From positions 466,030-530,029 of the forward strand of contig JADJIS010000003.1 in NCBI GenBank assembly GCA_016706865.1: a stretch of DNA of 64,000 nt, in the 5' to 3' direction. This DNA comes from Bacteroidota bacterium (lineage in GTDB: Bacteria > Bacteroidota > Bacteroidia > Chitinophagales > BACL12). Below are positions 46,453 to 55,137 of this stretch, one piece after another. The position numbers were made by a program, and so were the translations under genes. Under the pieces are notes generated by a model. The model did not search any database. It was not told where the DNA came from and saw nothing but the letters and a program-made list of their open reading frames with translations. Each line of letters begins with the position of its first letter. The first letter of the stretch is position 1.

Positions 46453-48072
46453 ATGAAAAAAATATTACTCATCGCGATCTGTATTAGTACAGGATTGCAC
46501 GCCCAATACACACTGGAGCTGATTAAGGACCTTAATCCAGGGGAACCGAACAGTGACCCCGGCTGGTTCGTGGAGATAAATGATGTAGTTTATTTCCCTG
46601 CTAACGACGGCACAAATGGAATTGAGCTATGGCGGACCGATGCTACTGAGGCCGGAACTTCGATGGTTAAAAACATTGGCACCGGCGCCAGTTCCATGTG
46701 CGAATCGGTGTATGGTTGCGGAAGCGAACATATAGTGATGAACGATATTTTGTATTTCAGGGCGACAGATAATGTGCATGGAGCGGAGATCTGGAGAAGT
46801 GATGGAACGGATGCCGGAACTTATATGGTAAAGGATATAAACCCGGGACTAGGTGATAACTCCAATTCGATATTTATGTCGGCGCAATATTTTGCCGAAA
46901 TGAACGATGTTTTATATTTCGCTGCCGATGGTGGTGGAAATAATATTGAACTATGGAGAAGCGATGGAACAGAGGCAGGAACATATCTTGTGAAAGATCT
47001 TGCATTGGGTGGTAGTAGCGTTCCGGAATTTATAACTGCAATAGAAAATAATATTTATTTCAGGTGCAAAAACGACGATGGTGAATCTGAATTATGGAAA
47101 AGCGACGGCACCGAAGCAGGAACAATTTTATTAAAACAAATGTGGGTTACTGCCACAGAATATCAGAATATGTTTATCGCATACGATGGTTTTATTTATT
47201 TTAGGGGAGGAGTTGGAGATCCTTATGATCAGGAATTATGGCGCACAGATGGAACTCCTGCGGGAACAGAATTATTCATGAATATAAATGAAGACGATGG
47301 AGATGGGTCAGATCCAAAACAATTTTTTATATTAAATGATAAATTGTTTTTTGTGGCAGATAATGGTGATGATGATTTTATTTTCACCAGTGATGGAACA
47401 GTTGCAGGCACACAAAAATTATTGGACGAAAATGGTGATGATGTTTTACCCGGAAATTACGCATTTCTTCCCTCAGAAAATAAAATATATTTTTCTGCAA
47501 CTAATGCTGATTTTGATGATGGTTTATGGGTGACTGATGGTACGAATGCAGGCACTAAATTTTTATCGGAATATGGTTCCGGTGCATTTGATGCATCAAC
47601 CGCAACTGTGGTAAACGGCAATAATATTGTTTACAGTGGTTATGATGATGACAATGGTTGCACTACTGTTTTTCAAAGCAATGGCACTGTAGCCGGCACT
47701 TTTCAGTTATTGGAATGCGATGAGTTGAGTTATCCATATTCGATGATCACCTACAACGGAATGGCAATCTTAAATGGCAATGCAGATGCAGTAGGAGCGG
47801 AGCTATGGAAATTGGAAACGGAATTTGAAGTGGGTTTGGAGGAGAATAATAAACTGTCGAATATTAATATCTTCCCAAATCCAGCCGCAGATATTTTGCA
47901 TATAAATAGTCGGAATGCGGAATTTGCAATATCTGAAATACAAATTTTTACGATTGACGGAAAATGTTTATTGCAAACAAAAGGAACTTCCCAATTAAAT
48001 ATTTCTGCATTTCCTGCCGGACTTTACTTCATCAGGATTTTAGATGCTTTTTATCAATTTGAAAAAATGTAG
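46453..48072 (+). CDS. ELWxxDGT-repeat protein with T9SS sorting domain
   Basis: 539 aa. Repeated ELWR(T/S)DGTEAGT motifs (at least 6 copies). C-terminal IFPNPAADILHIN...GLYFIRI. Confidence 0.88.
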   Translation: MKKILLIAICISTGLHAQYTLELIKDLNPGEPNSDPGWFVEINDVVYFPANDGTNGIELWRTDATEAGTSMVKNIGTGASSMCESVYGCGSEHIVMNDILYFRATDNVHGAEIWRSDGTDAGTYMVKDINPGLGDNSNSIFMSAQYFAEMNDVLYFAADGGGNNIELWRSDGTEAGTYLVKDLALGGSSVPEFITAIENNIYFRCKNDDGESELWKSDGTEAGTILLKQMWVTATEYQNMFIAYDGFIYFRGGVGDPYDQELWRTDGTPAGTELFMNINEDDGDGSDPKQFFILNDKLFFVADNGDDDFIFTSDGTVAGTQKLLDENGDDVLPGNYAFLPSENKIYFSATNADFDDGLWVTDGTNAGTKFLSEYGSGAFDASTATVVNGNNIVYSGYDDDNGCTTVFQSNGTVAGTFQLLECDELSYPYSMITYNGMAILNGNADAVGAELWKLETEFEVGLEENNKLSNINIFPNPAADILHINSRNAEFAISEIQIFTIDGKCLLQTKGTSQLNISAFPAGLYFIRILDAFYQFEKM

Positions 48073-48126
48073 ATTTCGGCAACAGCACCGATCAATAAAT
48101 TAAAACCCTTATAAACAGGCTGTTAT

Positions 48127-48185
48127 AAGTCATAAAAAGTTATGTAACCGTTTGGTTTCATAACTTTTTTATGACTTTTTGTTTT
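48127..48185 (+). terminator. Intrinsic terminator after the ELWxxDGT gene
   Basis: 18-bp stem AAGTCATAAAAAGTTATG / CATAACTTTTT(T)ATGACTT, followed by TTTGTTTT. Confidence 0.75.
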
Positions 48186-48282
48186 ATTAAAACTTTCAGA
48201 TACAAATTGAAAATTTTCTCTTTTATATCCTTTGCAATTCTCTGTTTTTTTGTCCTATTATTTTAACCTAAAAATTAATATT

Positions 48283-49782
48283 ATGAAAAATCGAATCTAT
48301 CTTTTTACGGCAATACTTATTTGTATTTCTGTTCAGCTAAAGGCACAAACAAATACATTTCCATTATCGGGAAGTGTGGGAGTTGGAACTCTTTCACCAA
48401 ATGGATCTGCAGCAGTTGAAGTAGTATCAACTACCCAAGGATTGCTTGCCCCGAGAATGACCAAAGTGCAACGTGATGCAATTGTAGCACCTGCTACTGG
48501 TTTGTTAATATTTCAAACAAACGCCACTCCCGGATTTTACTTTTATACCGGTGCTGCATGGACACCAATTTCAAGCAAAGGAGCTAATACAAGTTTATCC
48601 AATTTGGTAAGCACTGCAATAAACCAGGCATTACTACCTAATGCTACCGGAACTCTTGATCTTGGAAGCTCTGCCATGCGTTGGGATGAAGGTTATATTA
48701 ACACTTTGCGCTTTTCTGATGGAACATCCATGAACACAGCTGCAGTTGGCGGTGGAGGCGGAGTAGGAGGAAGTGGCACAACCAATTATCTTCCAAAATT
48801 TACCGGAACTACAACACTAGGTAATTCAGCTATTTACGAAAGTGCAGGATCAATTGGAATTGGAACTACATCTCCTTCCTACAAAGTAGATGTAAGAACT
48901 ACAGGAACTTCCACTTTAATGAATATATCAAAAGCATGGACCGGAACAGGGACTACAAACTTTCCTCTTTTATTGGTAGGTAATACTTATACATTTGGAT
49001 ATGGAACTGGTATTCAGGCTGGTGGAGGCCAAACAGGTGTTAAAGGAACGGCATCGAATGGTGATCAAACCGGTTATGGTATTTACGGTCTAGGTTTTGG
49101 AGCTACGGGTGATACTTATGGTGTTTACGGAACGGCATCAACAACAGCAGGAACATCCTACGGTGTTTATGGAACCGTTACTGCCGGTTCAGGATGGGCT
49201 GGTTATTTTGTGGGAAAAGGATATTTTAGTGGTAATCTTGGATTAGGGGTTACATCTGCTGCCACAAGATTGCAAATAGACGGCGGAACTGACGCAGGTT
49301 TAGGATCTGGTGGATTTATTACAAATGGTTTAACAACCTCAACAAATCTTGTTCTCGACAACAATGAAATAATGGCGAGAAATAATGGTGCTGCTTCCAC
49401 ACTTTATTTAAATAATGATGGAGGAAATATCAGCATGTGTTATTCAAGTGGAAGTGTAATGATAGGTGCATCAGTTCCTGCAACAGGATATTTGTTCAGT
49501 GTGGATGGAAAGATCATGTGCGAAGAATTAAAAGTGCAAATGAGCGAAAGCTGGCCTGATTATGTTTTTGCAGATGAATATAAATTACCCTCTCTTTATG
49601 AACTGGAAAAACAAATTAAATTAAATAAACATTTACCCGGAATTCCTTCCGCAAAAGAAGTGGAAGCAAATGGATTTGAAGTTGGCGAAATGCAGGCAAA
49701 CATGATGGAGAAAATTGAAGAACTTACACTTTACATCATCCAATTGCAAAAACAAATAGACCAATTAAAAGATCAGCAATAA
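48283..49782 (+). CDS. Cell-surface tail-fibre-like protein, Gly/Thr-rich, with conserved C-terminal coiled-coil domain
   Basis: ATG 48283 (MKNRIYLFTAILICISVQLKAQ). N-terminal LLAPRMTKVQRDAI..ATGLLIFQTN motif, GT-rich repeats, C-terminal WPDYVFADEYKLPSLYELEKQIKLNKHLPGIPSAKEVE...EELTLYIIQLQKQI. No T9SS CTD. Confidence 0.8.
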   Translation: MKNRIYLFTAILICISVQLKAQTNTFPLSGSVGVGTLSPNGSAAVEVVSTTQGLLAPRMTKVQRDAIVAPATGLLIFQTNATPGFYFYTGAAWTPISSKGANTSLSNLVSTAINQALLPNATGTLDLGSSAMRWDEGYINTLRFSDGTSMNTAAVGGGGGVGGSGTTNYLPKFTGTTTLGNSAIYESAGSIGIGTTSPSYKVDVRTTGTSTLMNISKAWTGTGTTNFPLLLVGNTYTFGYGTGIQAGGGQTGVKGTASNGDQTGYGIYGLGFGATGDTYGVYGTASTTAGTSYGVYGTVTAGSGWAGYFVGKGYFSGNLGLGVTSAATRLQIDGGTDAGLGSGGFITNGLTTSTNLVLDNNEIMARNNGAASTLYLNNDGGNISMCYSSGSVMIGASVPATGYLFSVDGKIMCEELKVQMSESWPDYVFADEYKLPSLYELEKQIKLNKHLPGIPSAKEVEANGFEVGEMQANMMEKIEELTLYIIQLQKQIDQLKDQQ

Positions 49783-49809
49783 TTTGAATTCATCTTTAAA
49801 CTTTATCTT

Positions 49810-52116
49810 ATGAAAAAGTTATTAATAACAGGATGTTTTTTGTTGGTCTGTATCATAACATCAACAAAAGCACAAAATGTATCCAGAGAAGATCTGCAGA
49901 ATAAAAAATACAGCTTGTATCTTCATCCGGAAAGCACACCAGGCTGGATAGAATTCAGGAGGGATGCACCCTACACGGCAGATGCACTATTTAAACAACA
50001 ACCTGATATGTTTGGTATGAAGGGCGACGATGAAATGCGTATACTTAAAACCAATACCGATCTTGCCGGAAATAAACACTATAAATACGCGCAATTTTAT
50101 AAAGGAATTCGTGTGGAAGGTATAGAACATATCACCCACGAAAGAAATGGAAAAATTCACCTCGCAAATGGTTATTTTGTAAACGATCTGCAATTAAATG
50201 TAAGTCCGGATATTTCTTCCCAGCGCGCCATTGAAATTGCATTGGCAAATTTTCCCGCAGAAAAATATATGTGGCAGGATGCTGAAAAAGAAAATTCTTT
50301 TAAAACAAAAAAGAAAGATGTCAATGCAACACTTTATCCAACTCCGGAATTATTGATCGTGAAAAAAAATGTGAAAGGAGAAATGAAAGCGGATAATTAT
50401 GTATTGGCGTATCGCATGTATGTTTTTGCCATTCTGCCATATATTGCAGAGTATGTTTATGTGGATGCACATAGTGGTGAAATTATCAGAACAAAAAGTT
50501 TGGATGTAACATGTAATCCATCAACAATAGGAACAACTTTTAATGGCGATCAAACTGTAAATACAGATTATAGAACAGAAGATTGCGGAAGTGGTGGTGA
50601 TGAAAGTACAGATTATTTTTCCATCGATGACTGTAATCCTTCTACGGAAATTAAAAGTTATTATTCTGCCTCCTATGGTACGTTTTATTATGGTGATGAT
50701 TGGCTAATATGCGATAACGATAATGATTGGGAAGATTGGGTATCCGGTTCTAATAGGATGGTGCTCACTACATTATGGTCGGTTAAACGAGCATATACCT
50801 ATTACGTAAATAATCATGGTCATTACAGTTTCGATGGCAGCGACGGATTAATTGATGCATTTAATAATAAAACATATTTTGATGATGACGATAATCCGTA
50901 TTGCACCAATGCAAATTATACGAATATCATTGATAACCTGAATTTCGGGAGCGGAAACGATTGTGAGGAAGGATCATCTGATGATTATAATACACTCGAT
51001 ATTGTAGGACATGAATATACGCATGGAGTAATTGAATACGCACATTTTGATGCATTGGATTATTCGGAAGAAAGTGGTGCATTAAACGAATCGTTTGCAG
51101 ATATTTTCGGTGAAATGGTGGAATATTATGTGGAAGGTGGAACATTAAGTTGGTTAATGGCTGAAGACAGAGGTGCAATTCGTTCTTATTCTGATCCTAA
51201 TGATTATGGTGATCCTGATACGTATTTAGGTGATAATTGGGCAAGTTTAGATGGTGATGATAATGGAGGAGTGCACACAAATAGCGGTGTTCAAAATCAT
51301 ATGTTTTATTTGTTGAGTGAAGGTGGTGAAGGTACAAATGATCATGGTGTTGATTATCTGGTGGAAGGAATTGGTTATGATCATGCACGTGATATTGCCT
51401 GGCATGCGATGATGAATTATTTAAACAGTGATGATGGTTATTTAATTGCGAGAAGCGCGTGGATACAATCTGCTATTGATCTTTTTGGCAGTTGTTCTCA
51501 AGAGGTGATTTCTGTGGGCCAAGCATTTCAGGCAGTGGGTGTAACTTATTATACAAGTTATGATCTGGCGCAAATGTGTGGTACGTATATTTTATCCGGA
51601 TTTATTGATGCTACTTATGGAATTGAAAATTCAACATTGTTCTTTGGAGGTTTTATCGGCGATTGTGTAACTACAGTGAATTCAACAGCAATAGTAACTT
51701 TAGAATCCGGATATTATGTAAATCTCAATCCCGGTTTTGAAGCCAAATCAGGTTGCACATTTGTAGCAATGATCGATGAATGTGAAGTAAGTGAATATGA
51801 TCCGGATGATCTGAGAACTGCTTCAGAACAAACACCTGAAACAGAAAGTGAAGAATTATCATCCATTAATATTTATCCAAATCCTGCAAATACAGAAATA
51901 AAAATTGAATTTGATCTTGCTGATCTATCTGCAGTTGATATCACCTTATTTGATATTTCCGGAAGACAGATCGCAATTTGGAAACAAAATGAAATATTGG
52001 ATGCAGGGAATCATAATTTTGAATTTAACACCTCCGAATTATTATCCGGTATTTATTTCTGCAGCATAAAAACAAATGATGGTATTTCAACAAACAAATT
52101 TGTAATACAACATTGA
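49810..52116 (+). CDS. M4 (thermolysin-like) zinc metallopeptidase with T9SS sorting domain
   Basis: 768 aa. HEXXH as VGHEYTHGV, third ligand region GALNESFADIFGE. C-terminal IYPNPANTEIKIEF...GIYFCSI. Confidence 0.92.
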   Translation: MKKLLITGCFLLVCIITSTKAQNVSREDLQNKKYSLYLHPESTPGWIEFRRDAPYTADALFKQQPDMFGMKGDDEMRILKTNTDLAGNKHYKYAQFYKGIRVEGIEHITHERNGKIHLANGYFVNDLQLNVSPDISSQRAIEIALANFPAEKYMWQDAEKENSFKTKKKDVNATLYPTPELLIVKKNVKGEMKADNYVLAYRMYVFAILPYIAEYVYVDAHSGEIIRTKSLDVTCNPSTIGTTFNGDQTVNTDYRTEDCGSGGDESTDYFSIDDCNPSTEIKSYYSASYGTFYYGDDWLICDNDNDWEDWVSGSNRMVLTTLWSVKRAYTYYVNNHGHYSFDGSDGLIDAFNNKTYFDDDDNPYCTNANYTNIIDNLNFGSGNDCEEGSSDDYNTLDIVGHEYTHGVIEYAHFDALDYSEESGALNESFADIFGEMVEYYVEGGTLSWLMAEDRGAIRSYSDPNDYGDPDTYLGDNWASLDGDDNGGVHTNSGVQNHMFYLLSEGGEGTNDHGVDYLVEGIGYDHARDIAWHAMMNYLNSDDGYLIARSAWIQSAIDLFGSCSQEVISVGQAFQAVGVTYYTSYDLAQMCGTYILSGFIDATYGIENSTLFFGGFIGDCVTTVNSTAIVTLESGYYVNLNPGFEAKSGCTFVAMIDECEVSEYDPDDLRTASEQTPETESEELSSINIYPNPANTEIKIEFDLADLSAVDITLFDISGRQIAIWKQNEILDAGNHNFEFNTSELLSGIYFCSIKTNDGISTNKFVIQH

Positions 52117-52161
52117 TCACACCTTAATGATATTCGCCCAATAAGCGGATAGGTTTGAAAT

Positions 52162-52192
52162 CCTGCCTCGTTAGTTCGGGGCAGGTTTTTTT
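52162..52192 (+). terminator. Intrinsic terminator after the M4 peptidase gene
   Basis: CCTGCCTCG-TTAGTT-CGGGGCAGG followed by a T7 run. Confidence 0.85.
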
Positions 52193-52194
52193 GT

Positions 52195-52278
52195 GGAAAT
52201 AGGAAGTAGGACATAGGAAATAGGATACAGGATGTTGGACTTGATATGGGACATTGGAAAAATGATATAGGACTTAGA
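52195..52278 (+). repeat. GGAARTA/GGACATA heptamer block (12 units)
   Basis: GGAAATA GGAAGTA GGACATA GGAAATA GGATACA GGATGTT GGACTTG ..., directly after the terminator T-run. Confidence 0.85.
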
Positions 52279-52524
52279 TTGATTTTACCTCAAAGTATTC
52301 ATACGGTCTTAAATTGCCAATCATTTTATTAACTTGTCTTTTATATTTTACCATATAGACCCAAGTTGATTTTGAAATTATCATCCTATTTGTATCATTT
52401 CATCAATATTTTTTATCTTTTAAATCCACCCGATCCATGTCGTAGTAGGTTGGGTAAATAAAAACCCGGCTCCATCTAGCGACTTTACCGGGTATCCCCA
52501 TGAAAACACAATCTTTATAATAAT

Positions 52525-54888
52525 TTATTCTTTTACAAATTTTACACTTACATCTCCATCTTGCGTTTTAATTTTCAACAAATAAATACCAGATGTAAAT
52601 ATACTTACATCAATTTCTACTGGTGATGTTACGCTATCATCCATCCACAAAATTTGCCCCGAAATATTCATGATCACAATAGTCGATTTCTCATATCCCG
52701 TATATTCAACAAATAAAATATTCTCCGTCGGATTCGGATAAACTTTGATCGAATTTAAAATAGTTTCGTTTATCGCCAATCCCTCGTCAATCAATTCATT
52801 ACAATCATCATCAATACCATTTAGTATCTCTTCTGCACCGGGATAAACGAAAGGATTGGTGTCATCGCAGTCAGAATCATCATCCACAAAACCATCTGGA
52901 ATTTCGCAGGAGAGTGAATCAACGTTTATGTTTCCATAATTATCTGAATCAGCATCTTCGAAAGAATGAATATATGAGAGATTGTCGTCAATAATTCCAT
53001 CACAATCATTGTCAAGATAGTCGCAGATTTCTATTGCGCCCGGGTAAATTAGATTGTTGGTATCATTGCAGTCGGTTGAATCAAAAACGTATCCTGCAAT
53101 TATTTCTAAACAAGAAATGATAAATATATCTGCATTGCCAAAATTATCTGCATCTGCATCCACATAAAAGGTGTTGACCGTTAATCCCTCATCAATAGCC
53201 AGATTGCAGTTGTCATCAATATCGTTGCATATCTCGATTGCAAGAGGGTTTATTTCTGCATTCATATCATTGCAGTCTGTATTGTCGATCACATATCCGA
53301 TTAAAGTATAACATGATAATGAATCAAGAAAGGGATCGCCAAATTCATCAGAATCGTTATCTAAATACCAGGTTGCAAATATTGCATCTTCATCAATTAA
53401 ACCATTGCAATTATCATCCATTGTATTACAGATGTCTGTTGCGAAGGGAAATATTAATTCGTTTGTATCATCGCAATCGGTACTGTCTGAAACGTATCCA
53501 ATTGGCAAACTGCATGCGAGTGAGTCATTAAATACATCTCCAAAACCATCTAAATCATTATCCGCGAAGTATATTTGTTCAATACAATTTCCTTCTAATT
53601 TAACCACCCAAAAATCTGATTCCCCATGATTAAAGGTTACATCAAAATCATCGGAATATGCAAAGCCAGCTATTATAATTCCATCATCGGAGGTAATTTC
53701 AATACTTTTGGGAATTTCCGTTTTAGTTCCACCCAATGTTTTTTCCCATATTATTTCACCTGCAGTATCAATATTGCATAACCAATAATCAGCATAAAAA
53801 TAGCTTCCATGATGAAGCGTTACATTTCCATCGCTGGATCCAGAAGATCCTGAAACGATATAATTACCATCTATCAACTGCTTTAATGAAAAGCCTTGAT
53901 CAGTTTTTGAACCTCCATAAGTCTTTTGCCACACTATTTCACCCAAAGTATTAGTTTTGACCACCCAATAGTCTGAAAACCCTCCATGAAAACTGCTTAC
54001 ATCACCATTATTTGAGCGAGTCCACCCACAGATAATGAAACCATTATCTTGAGTTTGCAGGCATGATTGTCCATAGTCCTCCTCAGAACCTCCACAAGAA
54101 TTTTCCCATTCAATTTCACCTTCCGGATTTAATTTTAAGAGCCAGAAATCGGATAAACCTTGATTAGTGCTAACATCGAAATTATTTGAAAATGAATGTC
54201 CAATTACAATATATCCGCCATCTATAGTTTGTTTAATATCTTTCGCTTCATCGTCCAATGTACCTCCATAGGAACTCTCCCATTCCAGATTACCAATGTT
54301 GTCCATTTTTATTACCCATAAATCACTTGTACTGGCTGGACCATGATGGTTAGAAATATCACCATCATTAGATCGGGAATCACCAGCAAGAATAAAACCA
54401 CCATCACTGCTTTGTAATATACTAGCTCCAATATCAGGCCCAGATCCGCCAAACGAACTTTCCCATTCTATATTCCCATTCTCATCAAGTTTAACGACCC
54501 AACAATCAGCGCCACCATTATTTATCGTCACGTCCCCATCATTTGAATAAGTATATCCTGTAAAAATATATCCACCGTCATTAGTTAAGGCAATAGATCT
54601 TGCATATTCACTCAAACTGCCACCATACGATTTTTCCCACTCAATAATGCCTAAATTGTCAACTTTTACAACCCAACAATCTGAGTTTCCATAATTTATA
54701 CTGACATCACCATCAGTTGAGCTACTAGATCCAAATATTACATAGCCACCATCATTTGTTTGTTTAATACAATTGGTATCTTCAAAATCACTTCCACCAT
54801 ATGTTGCTTGCCATTCTATTTCGGGGGCCTGAGCAGGGGCATAAATAAAGAAAAGTAATGAACCTAAAACTAATAAAATTTTATGCAT
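52525..54888 (-). CDS. Secreted repeat (propeller-like) protein with tandem MopE-type Cys/Asp-rich metal-binding motifs and T9SS sorting domain
   Basis: 787 aa. About 9 repeats (IEWE.SYGGS...DGGYI..G.S.S.DGDVS...G..D.WVVK) related to 34399..36543. Four to five modules of D.D.DGFG...C..TDCDDTN..I.P.A.E.CN..DDNCNG.IDE. C-terminal VYPNPTENILFVEY...GIYLLKI. Confidence 0.88.
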   Translation of the reverse strand: MHKILLVLGSLLFFIYAPAQAPEIEWQATYGGSDFEDTNCIKQTNDGGYVIFGSSSSTDGDVSINYGNSDCWVVKVDNLGIIEWEKSYGGSLSEYARSIALTNDGGYIFTGYTYSNDGDVTINNGGADCWVVKLDENGNIEWESSFGGSGPDIGASILQSSDGGFILAGDSRSNDGDISNHHGPASTSDLWVIKMDNIGNLEWESSYGGTLDDEAKDIKQTIDGGYIVIGHSFSNNFDVSTNQGLSDFWLLKLNPEGEIEWENSCGGSEEDYGQSCLQTQDNGFIICGWTRSNNGDVSSFHGGFSDYWVVKTNTLGEIVWQKTYGGSKTDQGFSLKQLIDGNYIVSGSSGSSDGNVTLHHGSYFYADYWLCNIDTAGEIIWEKTLGGTKTEIPKSIEITSDDGIIIAGFAYSDDFDVTFNHGESDFWVVKLEGNCIEQIYFADNDLDGFGDVFNDSLACSLPIGYVSDSTDCDDTNELIFPFATDICNTMDDNCNGLIDEDAIFATWYLDNDSDEFGDPFLDSLSCYTLIGYVIDNTDCNDMNAEINPLAIEICNDIDDNCNLAIDEGLTVNTFYVDADADNFGNADIFIISCLEIIAGYVFDSTDCNDTNNLIYPGAIEICDYLDNDCDGIIDDNLSYIHSFEDADSDNYGNINVDSLSCEIPDGFVDDDSDCDDTNPFVYPGAEEILNGIDDDCNELIDEGLAINETILNSIKVYPNPTENILFVEYTGYEKSTIVIMNISGQILWMDDSVTSPVEIDVSIFTSGIYLLKIKTQDGDVSVKFVKE

Positions 54889-55137
54889 AATAAGTGGTTT
54901 AAGAGTAATAAAATTACAGACCTTTAGTGATATTTCCTAATAAAATAATTGGTTTTTTATTTTTCGATAAGGAATTTAATATAATTTTCTAGTTAAAAAT
55001 TTGGAATTTAAAATTAAAAATACTAGATTTCGTTTTAATTGGAACCAATTCCCATATTCCCGATCTAGACGAGACTTTCCTTGTTCCAATTCGTAATCTA
55101 TTAAACTCACTCACCATATGGTGGTAAATGACTTATT

